Assembly: GCA_964016885.1 (NCBI GenBank)
Contig: OZ024740.1
Span: 92,752,001 to 92,816,000, forward strand
DNA length: 64,000 bases
Direction: 5' to 3'
Origin: Eledone cirrhosa
Lineage: Eukaryota
Below the pieces are notes generated by a model. It was not told the DNA's origin and did not search any database. It was given only the letters and a program-made list of their open reading frames with translations. Position 1 is the first letter of the stretch, and the number at the start of each line of letters is the position of its first letter. Shown here piece by piece: positions 1-13,170 of this stretch. The translations under genes were made by a program, and so were the position numbers.

Positions 1-345
1 TGTGTTTCTAAAATTATATGAACAGTTATTTCTTTCACTGTTTCTTAATCTGTAATAATTGACACGGATTCATTGACATTGTGTATGACATGTAAGAAAG
101 TTGTTGAAAGTATCAAGCTAATTGTTGTGCATTTATAAAATCATGTTTAACACATTTCTTTAGGAAATGAATGTGGATGTCTACTCACACACATGATTCG
201 TGATAGTCGGTTCCGGAATAATCAATTCTCAAATGCAACGCAATGACACTCCTACATTCAGAAACACAGTTAAAATAGATTGAAAGATACATTGAAAGTT
301 CGAATTCTCTCTCTTTCTTTTTCGTAATTTATCTCTGTCTCTGTT

Positions 346-548
<203 letters not shown>

Positions 549-1241
549 TATTGCTTGAAGGATGTTTCGTTATTCATTGAGAACGTCTGAACGACCAATT
601 GAATGGAACGGAATGAGTGACATTTGGTTATGTTTCGTTTAAAGGAAGATATTTGCAAACGATGTTCTCATCACGCGTGTACTTGACAGGTTTAATCCAA
701 GTCACAAAATATTTAGTTCCGCTAATGATAACAATTAAATTAATTGTTTAATATTAGGTTGTGAATTTTCTAATTGAAATTCACTTCCTGTTATTCTTGA
801 TATCCGATATTGTTAATCAATATATTTTATGTCTTTATTACTGAAATTCCAGATAGTAAGTGCTATAATAGAAAGCTATCTGTTGACATGTTATTATTCT
901 CTCAAATGTTTCCAATTTGCTGTCTGAAAGCGAAATTCTCGAGACAGAATTATATTTTTTTATTTAAATAGATATAATATTTAAGCTGGATACGTTTTAA
1001 GAAATTAAAACTGTGATGACTTGCATTAAATCCAAGTGTGAATTGAATTATATCCTTATATTGTTAGATTTTTAATAAGTAACATTTCCCATGCGCCAAT
1101 GACAATGGAAATAATGACATGGAGATGAAACAATTTAAATCTATATCTTAGAGTAATTCACTACGTTTCTCTTTAATTCTATATCAATTTATATATATAC
1201 ATACGCACTCGCGCGCACACACGTACACCCCCCCCACCCCG

Positions 1242-1291
<50 letters not shown>

Positions 1292-1551
1292 GCATATATG
1301 TGGATGTGTGTATGTGCGTGTGTTTATTTAACTAACCTATTCGATCGATGCAATTGCTTTCAAGGCTGCCCTTTAACTGTCTTCTTCACGTCCATTTTCC
1401 ATTCATTAGGACACAATTAATCAAGATTAGTTGTTCATTCTTGAGTCTCTCGTATATGTGTTGTATATTAATGTGCAACCAAAGCACAGGGAAAGTATAT
1501 CGATATACACACGTCCCACATTACAGACAAACAAACATTTATATAATACTA

Positions 1552-2246
1552 CCAGCAGTACCCAGCGTTGCCTAGGTAGATAACATAATATCTGCTTTGA
1601 TGAAAAGGTGTTTATCTTAGCGACTGGTTATCGATAACTCATCTATGGCCACGCACAGGTGCCCCTGAACTTTAAATGTAGGCACGAAACCGTCTTCCTT
1701 AACAATATTTTCTCCAAACGATGTCATCTGAAAGGCGGAGTTGTATTTCCGGATATATTCAAGGAAGTGCTTAGACTCCGTGGACGCGCCGATCCTCCAT
1801 TTCAGCAGCGCGTGCAGCGGCCGTCGACATTGCGTTTCTAGTTCGTCTTATTTCGGCATTTTGTAGTGCCTCACTTGCTCGTCTATTTGTCATACTTCTG
1901 CCTTGCGCCGTTTTCCGACCAATGCATTACTCTTCTTCGGAGGCATTATCTAAAGAGTAGTTTAAGCACATCTGGAATAGCATCAATGAAAGAAATTAAT
2001 GCAGAGAACAGTATAGCTGGATTGTACAAAGTAACCATTCATCGCAGGCTTAAAAAGTTAAAGAATTATCGTTGACACCCGGTTGTAGTAGAGGTCAATA
2101 GTGTGAACTGAGATGAACGGAGTCCAAGTAGGAATAAAACCTGGTTGGAAATTCATGAGCTGGCGAGTTTCTTTAAAACCGGTCGTAAGGTGTAGCAAAT
2201 GGCGAAATGTTGAGTCAAATCGTATATAATTTTATATATATAAAGA
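1552..2246 (-). mobile_element. Internally deleted Helitron (non-autonomous)
   Basis: Minus strand starts TC (2246-2245), ends with a hairpin then CTGG (1555-1552), and sits between A and T. Internal minus-strand translation ESKHFLEYIRKYNSAFQMTSFG...GFVPTFKVQG matches the conserved N-terminal region of Helitron RepHel proteins. Confidence 0.85.
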
Positions 2247-2599
2247 TATATATATATAAAATAGAGTGAAAGATTATATATATATATATATATATATAAT
2301 ACAGAGAGAGAGAGAATTATCATACATATCGATGTAGGAGTGTCGATATTAAGTGATGTCGTCTGCTGAGTTAACGGTGAAAGTGTATATGGATTGGCGA
2401 TTTCTCCTACATTCGTTCTTTTTCATTATGGAATGGTGTTGATGTTTCTTAAGATGATTTTACTTAAATATTTTGTCGAAAGAAGTCATTTGTCATTGTG
2501 TGGCAATTGTTTTAACCGATTAGAGTAACTATCAACGGGAAATAATTCCTTTTGTCCTGCTTCTTAGGTATCAATATTTACTTCCCTTTAATTTGTTTT

Positions 2600-2808
2600 A
2601 ACTAAGATGTTGTGTATTTGGTTGACATATTTTTGAATATTTAATGACCCCGGAATAAAAAAAAAACGATACGCTGACATTTAGAAAACACTCCCCGATG
2701 ACTAATCTATGAGCCTGTAAAGATTCATAAAAATCGGTCGTAAGATATAGGCCCCTATAGGTAATACACAGACACATACACACATACTTAATTTTATATA
2801 TATACAGA
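2600..2808 (-). mobile_element. Short Helitron-like non-autonomous element, 5' part
   Basis: Minus strand begins A|TCTGTATATATATAAAATT, like the 5' end of the Helitron at 2246; 3' end not clear. Confidence 0.4.
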
Positions 2809-3418
2809 TTTAATTGTATTATCATATCTGCCATAGCAATTTTTGTAATTCTACTGGACAGTCGCTGTTGTTTTTGTTCCTTCTACACCCACGATATTTA
2901 ACAATACATTTCCAAAGTAATATCTCTAGCAGTAAGCTAAAAAAGCATGAATAACTCCATAAATCTAAGTAAAATCGGTAAAATTATATTATTTGCAATG
3001 ATTATGAAACGTAAATCACATAGACATAAATATTTATATTAAACAGAGGAGGGTGTATAAAATCTAAATAAGTTCAGTAAACACTGTCTAAAACTCTAAA
3101 TATTAACTAAAATATTTGCTCCAACAGTATCCAATATAGAATTTTACACACACAGAGACACATTAGCACAGAGAGAGAGAGAGAGAGAGACACATATACA
3201 CAGAAACATAATCAGGTACACACACACACATATATATAAGTTTGTTTGTGCGCGCGCGTGCGTATGTGTGTTAATTGGGTGCTGGAGGAGATACACCAAA
3301 ACATCTCAACATGGGCTCATCTGATTACAAATAAATTTATACATTATTTGTTTGATGAGATCATGCCTGTTGCAAAATTGGGTTTCATCGAAATAAATAT
3401 ATTAGCAATGTCAAAATT

Positions 3419-3605
3419 AATTGTTACTACATTTGGCATAATGCCAGCAATTATCCCAGTTCATTACTGGTGCTTTATTTTATTGACCCAGTAACCATGA
3501 AAGGCACACTGAGTCTTGGCATGATTTGAACTCATGTTGTAAGGGGCCGTAGCTCCAACTTACCAAGCATGACGTCAAACCCTCTACCGATACTGCCAAA
3601 CCACA
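3419..3605 (-). mobile_element. Diverged tRNA-derived SINE copy
   Basis: Aligns by eye to the SINE at 4730-4914 (CCTCTACCGATACTGCCAA, ATTTGAACTC, ATTACTGGTGCTTTATTT). Confidence 0.75.
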
Positions 3606-4729
3606 TAATTAATAAAACGTTGTAAGATCCTTTATTTTTTTAAAATTCTATTCCAGGCTACCAAGAGCACTACCATCATCGTCTTCTTAACCAAGAACCC
3701 TAAACCTAAAAATACAACTTTTCAGTTCGCGTACGCCTCTCAAATAATCGCTCTATATAATAATTATCCTCTGAAATATTAAAAAATATATATATATTTT
3801 AATGAACCTAATAAAAAGATGCAACAGCAACACAGATATTCGCCGACTATTGTATGCCTGAATTAATAGAGTCATAATCTCCAAAACATCATAAACGACA
3901 ACATAAATAACTAAATGACTGCTGATGAGGATTGGGCCTTTGAAAAAATCAAATTCAATGACAAGGTGCTCTTTTCGTTTGTCAAAAGTTGGCTTTTTGT
4001 TTGATGAAAATAGTACTCTTCAAGACAATCGTGATAATAAACCGAATAACGTCTTCAATCCTAAGATGTTTGATCTCGAGAGAATTACACGTATAACCCT
4101 CAAACAAACTATATCTTATATGATGTTTAGCGCCCCTCGTATAAGCCGCAATAAAGAAAACCAAGTACATCTCAGCTGCAAATCTAGATATGTTCCCTGC
4201 TAGTGTCTTGAAGAATTGTTGATATTACCTTGTATCACTTCATGCTAAACGTTGGCGAAGCATCGTTTCATAATGGTAATGAGGAATAACTACCGGGTAA
4301 TAGATGAAATTGGACAATTGAATAAATGCAAAGCACTACTTGATACATATTAGAGGCATTATGCTAATCAACATAATTTTAGTTTACCTAAGCTGGGTAA
4401 CAGGCAATGATACTGTACAAAGTTTCATGCAATGAATATAAAGGAACAGAAGATATAGAAATTGCAGTATATGTTACAATTACGATGAGCGATATGCAGA
4501 ATTTATTTACTTTCGAATTTAGAATTGCTAGATGTGCATAATAATTGTATAATTACATTTGCATTTATATTCTAAAACCATATTTATCTATGAATACATT
4601 TCATCAAATTTTGAATTTTAATGTTTGTTAGAAGCCATGGAAAAGTTGCATTTGTTAAATAATATTATTTTCCTAAATTATCAAAGAATCGCTTACATCA
4701 CGGGAATATATGTTTCTTAATATAGTAAT

Positions 4730-4914
4730 TGTTTCTACTTTAGGCACAAGGCCAGTAATTACCCAGTGCATTACTGGTACTTTATTTTATCGACCCCATA
4801 AGGATGAAAGGCAAAGTCAACCTCGGCGGGATTTGAACTCAGATCGTAAAGGGACGTAACTATGCTGGAAAGCATGGCGTCCGATCCTCTACCGATACTG
4901 CCAATCCACCGCCC
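4730..4914 (-). mobile_element. Full-length tRNA-derived SINE with 19-bp TSD
   Basis: Pol III A-box-like TGGCAGTATCGG and B-box GAGTTCAAATCC; flanked by TGTTTCTTAATATAGTAAT at 4711-4729 and 4915-4933. Confidence 0.92.
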
Positions 4915-5497
4915 TGTTTCTTAATATAGTAATGCAATTCAATCAGCTTTAATTATTTATTTCAATACTAGTACATATAAAATATCTTCATATTTATAAG
5001 GGCATAAACATATCTTTATAATAATATGCATAATCTTTAGATCTCTGGTTCGAGACGAACTGTTTAAATGCGTTACATTTTCATACCGATATTATAAAAA
5101 TTAACTATCTCATCTGTTTTCCCAATTCAGAGATATTCAAATGTAACACTACAGTTTCATGAAAATATTTCTCTTTGAAATTTACTGATGTAAGTCTATG
5201 ATACACGGAGAACGTACAAACATTCACACATATATGCACACACACATACACATATGCGTATATATATATATATATATTTCGTTTCTGAATTTGTTTAGCA
5301 AGATTCTTAATCTGAAATCGTGTGTTGAAACCGATATTGTTATACTTTGGGAGGGTCATGTTGCCAATAAGAAACACACGCACCAGTTGCTTTCACTTCA
5401 ATTTATTAAATATTTATAAACTTATAAATTTACAAATCTACAAACTTATACATTTCTGGTTGGTTGGTTCCACAACCAGATAGTTGTTTATATATAT

Positions 5498-5542
5498 AGT
5501 CATAGTCCTTTCGTCACACACTCTGTGACCTCTTCAGTGACT
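5498..5542 (-). ncRNA. Minimal type I hammerhead motif (family A)
   Basis: AGUCA-CUGAAGA-G-GUCACA(gagug)UGUGAC-GAAA-GGAC-UA-UGACU; stems I and II pair, stem III is only 2 bp. Confidence 0.7.
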
Positions 5543-5829
5543 GGGGATTCCTTTCTTCGTTTCTGTGCCTTTTCTTTCTTCTATCCTACGCCATTTTGTT
5601 TCTGTGTGTGTGTTGTGTGCTCAGTTTGCGCATGTGCCACATCCGGGTGTCTGTGTGTGTTTGTGTTCATTTTTCTATTTTTCTATTTGTTTATTTATTT
5701 ATTGTTGGTTGGTTGTTTGTTCTATGTGTGTGTGTGTTTACATTTTGTCCTGTGTGTGTTTTCATTTTGTGTGTGTTTTCAATTGTAAGTTGTTTGTTCT
5801 ATGTGTGTGTGTGTGTTTTCATTTTGTCC

Positions 5830-6295
5830 TTAATTGTAAGTTGTGATGTTGCTGTTCCACTCATATTTTCTATTTAATTTTGGTTTTAATTCTGTTATGC
5901 TTACTGCCTCTGTAATTTGCCTAAACATTGCGTCTTTTCTGTGCGTGGATTCTATTTTTATTTCTATGCTCTCTAATCTACCCCTGTGTTCTATCTTAGC
6001 ATGTTGGTAGAGCACAGATGATTCTTTATTATCTTGGAGGTCTCGCCAGTGTTCATTTATTCGTTCCCCTATACTACGAGCTGTCTCACCTATGTACACT
6101 ATATTTTTGTTTCTACATTGTCCTTCAGTACATCTTATGCTATACACTACATTTCTAGCTTTACAGTTAATATGGGGGCTTATTTTACAGGTTATACATT
6201 TCTTATCTATACATGAGGGTCTTTGGAACGGGTATGTCTTGCTAATAAGTGTTTTTACGGAGGTACGAGGTCTTTCTACTATCTTAATATTAAGA
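5830..6295 (-). pseudogene. PLE C-terminal Cys linker and GIY-YIG endonuclease (truncated)
   Basis: CIDKKCITC...NVVYSIRC...YIGETARSIGERINEH...RQITEAVSI...PKLNRK. Confidence 0.9.
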
Positions 6296-6353
6296 TACAA
6301 AATGGCGTAGGATAGAAGAAAGAAAAGGCACAGAAACGAAGAAAGGAATCCCC

Positions 6354-6398
6354 AGTCACTGAAGAGGTCACAGAGTGTGTGACGAAAGGACTATGACT
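6354..6398 (+). ncRNA. Minimal type I hammerhead motif (family A, inverted copy)
   Basis: Reverse complement of 5498-5542. Confidence 0.7.
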
Positions 6399-6558
6399 AT
6401 ATATATAAACAACTATCTGGTTGTGGAACCAACCAACCAACCAGAAATTTATAAGTTTTTAGATTTGTAAATTTATAAATTTATAAATATATAATAAATT
6501 GAAGTGAAAGCAACTGGTGCGTGTGTTTCTTATTGGCAACATGACCCTCCCAAAGTAT

Positions 6559-6643
<85 letters not shown>

Positions 6644-6658
6644 AATAAATATATATAT

Positions 6659-6846
6659 AACCAAGGAAATGTGGTAAGGAACCAGGTGGACCATAACGCA
6701 CCAACGTACTCAATACAGGGTATTAGAGTGGGTAATATGAACAAGTAGGACCCTGACGGCTGAGCTCAAGCCGTTTCGACGGCTAATTCTGGAGTCCAGA
6801 ATTAGCCATCGAATCGGCTTGAGCTCAGCCGTCGGGGTCCTACTGG

Positions 6847-6850
<4 letters not shown>
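6659..6850. mobile_element. Short fold-back element (family C) in (TA)n
   Basis: ~58-bp inverted arms centred near 6794; same family at 16488-16587, 18026-18140 and 24718-24856. Confidence 0.8.
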
Positions 6851-6935
<85 letters not shown>

Positions 6936-7337
6936 GTGTGTGTCTGTATGAACATTATTACTTAATATATTTCACGTGTATTCTTTATACGTTTCTATTT
7001 TCATTAAATTATTCACCCAACTCTCTCACACTCTCTATCCCTCTCCCTCTCTTTCTCTCTCTCTCATATTCAATTATTCACCTAATAAATATTGGAGATT
7101 GTGACAAGTGTATCCTCGTGTTACATTCATTGCAAGATGATTTTCAAGGTTCTTCGTCGTATTAAATTATATTAAATGCACATAAAGTCCTGTCCATCTA
7201 CATATTATTGTACAAAAACCTACATAACTGCCCTTCCAAAAACACAAATTATAATAGATACACCCTCGATTACAATTGCATGCACACGTATATACATACA
7301 TATTCTTTTGTACTCTCAAACATGCTTATATACACAC

Positions 7338-7412
<75 letters not shown>

Positions 7413-7550
7413 TGTTTATATATATACAACTAGATTGCTCTATCCACCAGAGTATATCCGTATGAATCACCTTAGAAGCGTGTGATGTCAGTTGACTGGG
7501 CAGATTCCTTCAAGTCTCCCAATGAATGGTCCATGGTACATTACATACAC

Positions 7551-8016
7551 TAGCAGAAAAACCAGCCTTAGGGTGGTTTTCTGCTAGCATGTGTAGTGTG
7601 TATGTTGATAGTATACTCAAGTAGATATGATGCATCAAATAAAATCGTAATTGATAATATACACAGAAATTGAACGAATACTGTGTTACACTATTTTATG
7701 TAATCAGTAAAGTAATCCATGATCCATTAAAAAAAGACGATATTATATATAAACTGCATTAGGAAAAAAGTTAGTGATAGAAAATTAGTATGTTTATTCA
7801 AGCGATCGCCAACCGAAAGTCTTGACATTTCAGAAATGTTAAAGGAATTAATATTTAAAGAAACAAAATATATTTAATCAACATCCACGGAATTTTGTAG
7901 ATAAATTATGTAATATTCATTAATTATCTATTCAAAGTAATCCAACTTATTTTACTAATGGGATACAAAATTATAAACCGTACGCAGTCCCGTCCTCCTC
8001 CCTTTATTATAGTTTA
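7551..8016 (-). mobile_element. Helitron-like non-autonomous element; second partial copy at ~8750-8878
   Basis: Minus-strand 3' end hairpin plus CTAG|T near 7551-7590. 7890-8016 is duplicated at 8750-8878, and that copy begins A|TCTAAACTATAATAAAGG on the minus strand. Confidence 0.5.
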
Positions 8017-9733
8017 TATTATATTTGTTAATGTTTTCGTTCTGTAACCATTATATTAAATGAGTTTTAAAAAATAGAGTTATAATTGAATAAAGACTTA
8101 ATAAATAAATAAAACGTTATACTTGTTTTATCCTCCCATTTTCAATTAAACCGAACGCTATGATGACTGTATGTGTTTGCTTGTGTAACTGTATATGTAT
8201 GTTTGTGTAACTGTATATGTGTGAATGTATGTATATGTGTGTGAAAATATGTGTGAATGTATGTATATTTGAGTGAAAGTATCACCTCCCATCTCTAATT
8301 AAACCGAACGCTATCATGACTGTATGTGTGTGTTTGTGTAGATGTATATGTGTGAATGTTTGTATGTTTGTATGTTTGTGTGAAAGTATGTGTGAATGTA
8401 TGTATATTTGTGTGAAAGTATGTATGTTTACGTGAAAGTATATGTGAATGTATATTTATTTGTGTGAAAGTATGTGGATTTGTGTGAATTATGTCCGTAT
8501 TATTATAAGTTTGTGTTTGCGCGATTATAGTTATATACTCATAATAGTTATATACCCATACATATAGATGTACGTATGTGCACAATCATACGCGTCAGGT
8601 GTAGAAAATCATAATATCTCTATCTCTCTCATCACAAACGCTCTCTTTCTATATAAATATATATCGTAGTTGCGACGATATACCGAAAGTGCAACTTTGA
8701 AAAGAAGTCAATTTAAACTTATTTATTTTTACAAAATGGTTTTTGTTTACGAAATTTAGTAGATAAAATATGTAATATTCATTCATTATTTATTCAAAGT
8801 AATCCAACTTAATTAACAAGCGAGATATAAAAATAAACCGTACGCAATCCCGCAGACCCTCCTTTATTATAGTTTAGATGGTCATAGTTATATGCCTATG
8901 GTTACATTAATGGTCATGTAAATCTGACGGCGTGGTAGACGGATAAGTAATTAGTTGGCATGTGGTCAAATGTCCACTAGAGTGAGACACTGAAGACTGA
9001 AAATCTAGCTAGAATAGAAAAGGAGAGACTGAATGTAAGGAAGTGGGTATATAGGAGAAGGATAATAATCACTACTAAAATAAATAAAAAAATGATGGGG
9101 GCTGTATGGTAGTGGTTTCGCAATGCAGAGCAATTAGAGAAAAGCGAAGTTGTAGAGGAAATGTAAGGTGGGTATTATTCATAATATGAGAGCACTTTAT
9201 CGCATATATGGTGGCATGTGATATAAGGGAGCCGGCCGCTACTTTGAATATATATGGTTGGGATTAGAAAATGATATGGTACAAAGAGATATTGTACTTA
9301 GATGTAGGTTCTAATTTTGCAATAACTGTAAGTGTAGATATTGCGAGTTCGAATCATGTAAAGACGTATTAATTGGTAGTTTGGATTCTCTAATTTACAT
9401 TCGTTCGGTGTGTGGGAACTATTTGGTTTATTAACTTGAAATTTATATATTTCTCCTAGTATTTCTTAAGTTATAATGCAAAACCATTTTGTATATAGAC
9501 GCGCCCACGTATAGATCTAAATAAAAACGCCTCTGTTTCCTTCCAGATAGACGTCCTCCATCATCAACCTTTCTAAAATGTATACCATGCATAAAACGAC
9601 AGCATCAAAGGTATACTAAGAGATGGTAACATGAGTGGACATGTTATTTTTCCCGAAAACATGTATTTTTTCTTCGATTCCTCGTTTCCCGTCCCCTGAA
9701 TTGTTTTTGTTTTTTAATTTCACATTCATTCAT

Positions 9734-9768
9734 CTGATAAAGGACTAGCGTCCGCAAAGTACGTACAC
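9734..9768 (+). ncRNA. Decayed hammerhead motif
   Basis: CUGAUAA-A-GGAC(uagc)GUCC-GCAAA-GUACGUAC: two core changes, intact stem II, palindromic stem III, ~100 bp upstream of (TA)n. Confidence 0.4.
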
Positions 9769-9881
9769 TCTTTTTGCTATTCTAAGCCTTAAACTAATAT
9801 ATAATTCAATATACTGTGACGTTTGTTCTGTTATCACTGTTTACCTCTTGCCTATATACGTAATACATGTATTTATATATG

Positions 9882-9924
<43 letters not shown>

Positions 9925-9930
<6 letters not shown>

Positions 9931-10795
9931 CATTATAAAGAAAGAAGAAACATTAGATATAATTAGGAAGATATGCCATACCCAAATTCTTATTAATCTT
10001 ATTAATTATATCTAATGTTTCTTCTTTCTTTATAATGTATTATATAGCTCTGATACTGAATCAATCTAATCCATTCGGATTATTTTGTCCCAGTTATTCA
10101 TAGAGCAACAAAGGTTGAGGTTGGAGCCACAAATTCAGGCATATATGTGGGTGTGTAAATTCATGTATGTGTATGTGTTCGCATGTATCTGTGTATTTCT
10201 TTATATTGTTTATAACTCCCTATGATAGAGTAACCATTGAAGTGTATTCACTGCTGGATAGCTATCACTACTCAAACTTCTCGCCATCCTAGCCATCTCT
10301 ACTACGGATTTGATATAAATACCCTCTCCGCATTTGTGGTATTTCTTTGTTGGTTGTAAGAGGCTTAGCTCTGTTTCTTGACCGCTGTATCACGTGATTG
10401 ACTCCCCCTCCGCCCTTCAGGGTTCTATCTCGCGTCCTACGGATGTGTTTTGAAACTCTAAATGAGCTACCCTCTTGATAAGTCGGCAAACCTCACAAAA
10501 ATACTTCATCTCTGTGAAGTAGTGTTTTTGCATAATATGCCACGAAACTACGTAGTCGAGGTGTAATTAAGAATTTGGGTATGGTATATCTTATTAATTA
10601 TATCTAATGTTTCTTCTTTCTTTATAATGTATTTTATAGCTCTGATACTGAATCAATCTAATCCATTCGGATTATGTTGTCCCAGTTATTCATAGAGCAA
10701 CAACGGTTGAGGTTGGCACCACAAATTCAGGGATATATGTGGATATATTCATGTATATGTATGTGTTCGCATGTATCTGTGTATTTCTATATAGT
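9925..10795 (+). mobile_element. Non-coding partial tandem (592-bp period) with inverted 5' arm; PLE pseudo-LTR or retrozyme-like
   Basis: 9997-10205 repeats at 10589-10795; 9925-9992 is an inverted copy of ~10568-10635; (TA)n on both sides. Confidence 0.8.
10507..10563 (+). ncRNA. Decayed hammerhead motif
   Basis: Stem I CAUCUC/GAGGUG, eroded core (UGUGA), GAAA-CUACGUAG-UC with palindromic stem III and a GUC site. Confidence 0.55.
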
Positions 10796-10851
10796 GTATA
10801 TATATATGTATATATATATATATATAAAAATATATATATATATATATATAT

Positions 10852-11120
10852 AGTGGTAGAATACTGGAAGGTACTATCCGTAGTGGTAGAGAACTCAGTA
10901 CATGGGACGAGTTAGGTAGAAGTCGTTACACAGCAGTTAGTTCACCATACCGATAACAATTGTTTCACCTTGGCGGATCCTCAGCTCGTAGTGGGCATGG
11001 TTACAGGAATAGAAACGTTTGTCCTTCCCGTTCCTATTACCATGCCCTTACTATCTGAGGATCCGCTAAGATGAAACACTTGTTCTCGGTATGGTGAACT
11101 AACTGTTGTGTAATCACTTC
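10852..11120. mobile_element. Miniature fold-back of PLE family B termini; hammerhead motifs at 10950-10989 (-) and 11050-11089 (+)
   Basis: Homologous to 21760-21920 and 23385-23480; cores CUGAGGA...GAAA-CAAUUG-UU and CUGAGGA...GAAA-CACUUG-UU. Confidence 0.85.
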
Positions 11121-11139
11121 TATATATATATATATACAT

Positions 11140-11182
<43 letters not shown>

Positions 11183-11196
11183 AATATAAATATATG

Positions 11197-11250
<54 letters not shown>

Positions 11251-11306
11251 TATATTTATAACTGTGAAAAGCAAATATACAACATGTACCTAATTTTACC
11301 TTCAAA

Positions 11307-11402
11307 GTCCCGACTGCTCAGGCTCAGTTTCGCTGAGTGGCTTGCAGCCAGAGTGCAACGAATATACACCGGTGCCGTGTGATTTCCAGCTCATCAAAGA
11401 TC
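11307..11402 (-). ncRNA. Hammerhead motif with long stem II insertion, in a (TA)n-flanked unit (~11261-11893) with inverted arms 11413-11497/11782-11867
   Basis: UUGAUGA-GCUG...CAGC-GAAA-CUG(agccugag)CAG-UC; C3U change, weak stem I GAUCU/GGGAC. Confidence 0.6.
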
Positions 11403-11894
11403 ACTAAAATATAGTGAAACATTCTAGGAAAGTGCATTTAGCCCACGATATAACAGTGTCACGGAAGCGTGGTAAATCTGAACGATTGCCGAGTAATAAA
11501 TATATATATTTCTATTTTTTAATAGATCTGAATAATTGATTATTTATTTAATCGCCTCAGTCATTGTGCAAACCTGGATACACATACATATAGATATATG
11601 AGTATAGAATGTATGACCGTGTGTGGATTTGGGTGAGAGTATGTGTCTGTGTGTGTGTGTGATCAAGTGTGTGTTTGTCTAGATGTAAGTATCTATACAA
11701 ATGCGTATCATATTATCTTTATTTCAAGACATCACGCTCGAATAAAATTAGGCGAGTACCTGCTGCTTCTTCCAGCAAATGTATTACTCGCCAAACGTTC
11801 AGATTTACCACGCTTCCGTGACACCGTTATATCGTGGGCTAAATGCCCTTTCCTAGAATTTTTCACTTGTTGCGGTCACGTCAGGATTTACTCC

Positions 11895-11932
<38 letters not shown>

Positions 11933-11933
11933 A

Positions 11934-11987
<54 letters not shown>

Positions 11988-12879
11988 ATATACACATATA
12001 TACATATTGCAATTATAAAGTATTTATTCTTATACAACAGACTTTATATGCGCATACATAGCTATGTATATATAAATATAAGCTTTATACAGGGTACTAG
12101 GGTGGATTTAATCCACTTTTCACCCCCAAAAATTGTTGGCCTTTGCCTAAATCAAAAAACATTAGTGTTATATATATGCATTCTATATATCCATACACAT
12201 AGATAGACATATGCCGATGCATAAACTCTGCATCTTGCACATAGCCTAGAGTACATAGAACCCTAATGAAAATATACATCTTCTATATTTTACAGAGAAT
12301 TTGTTGTTTTCTGTTGCTCTGAATAGTTGAATTTATTTTCTTGGCAATTTGTATTGCATTGCCAGACGAATTAAAACGTCGTTACAATGATTTAATAATA
12401 TAATACCTTTTTCTCAATCGAACGATGTAAATATGCATAACTATCTATCGACCACGCATATATATTTATATAGTGGTAAGTATCTCTCAGAAGATCTGAA
12501 AATCAAGTCTGCAGAGATGAAAACACCCTCAAGAGAGTGTTTCAACTGTTAAAACCGTACAGTCTAAAAGGGCCGGGTCGCATCCATTTCATGATTACTT
12601 GCAGACATTTAGCCATTTGGAAATCAGAGACTTGCTGTGTAATTAAACCGTATGGAAATGTTGGTGACATGATCTAGTTGGAACTGTTATCCTTTTCTTT
12701 CCTTTCAACTATATATTCAAAAGCCCACTTGAAGAAATATAACATTTATAGTCATTGTAGAGTTGAGACCTCAAAGGTCTTGCAGGCGCTACCACCGACA
12801 ATACAAAACATGACTGATTCAGCGTTACCTTCCTTAGCGCGCGGTTAAATACAAACATGATGCGTCGGACGTGGTATGG

Positions 12880-13170
12880 GGGCCATTTTTATTCCACCTC
12901 AACCAGATCCATCTCTTCACAGAGACTGAAGGTGGTTTCATGATGTTGATGGCAGATTTTCCCACAAAGATTCAAGCTCTACCCTCTATAGCGAGAAGGT
13001 TTAATCTGAAGTCGGTTTCTTGGGGTTGTTGACCAATCTAACATTGTTGAATATATCTTCTTGTTCTAACCCCAATTCAAATGGCACGGTAATTTCCATC
13101 AAAATCAGGTTTTTGATGAACTTGAAAGGTGTAAGATATCCTGATTCAAATCACATTTTCTTCTGATTAA
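12880..13170 (-). pseudogene. Decayed 3' end of an RLE-type non-LTR retrotransposon
   Basis: Frameshifted minus-strand remnants ILMEITVPFE...LLAIEG...RWIWLRW resemble the ELTVP(W/F)E, IEVG and WIWL motifs of restriction-like endonucleases. Confidence 0.5.

Larger units (their letters stand above)
5278..6563 (-). mobile_element. 5'-truncated PLE (family A) with inverted pseudo-LTR copy, in (TA)n
   Basis: Minus-strand GIY-YIG end and 3' UTR (5278-6300), then an inverted copy of the terminal ~260 bp (6300-6563 mirrors ~5335-5596); both ends run into (TA)n. Confidence 0.9.

Noticed and set aside
600-680. Minus-strand GUGAUGA...GAAACAU...AUGUC hammerhead-like string
   Set aside because: Core mismatch, stem II out of register and no stem I; likely chance.
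8900-9480. Possible very old GIY-YIG remnant on the minus strand (TIYAIKCS); similar purine-rich stretch at 32130-32620
   Set aside because: Too decayed to support by eye.
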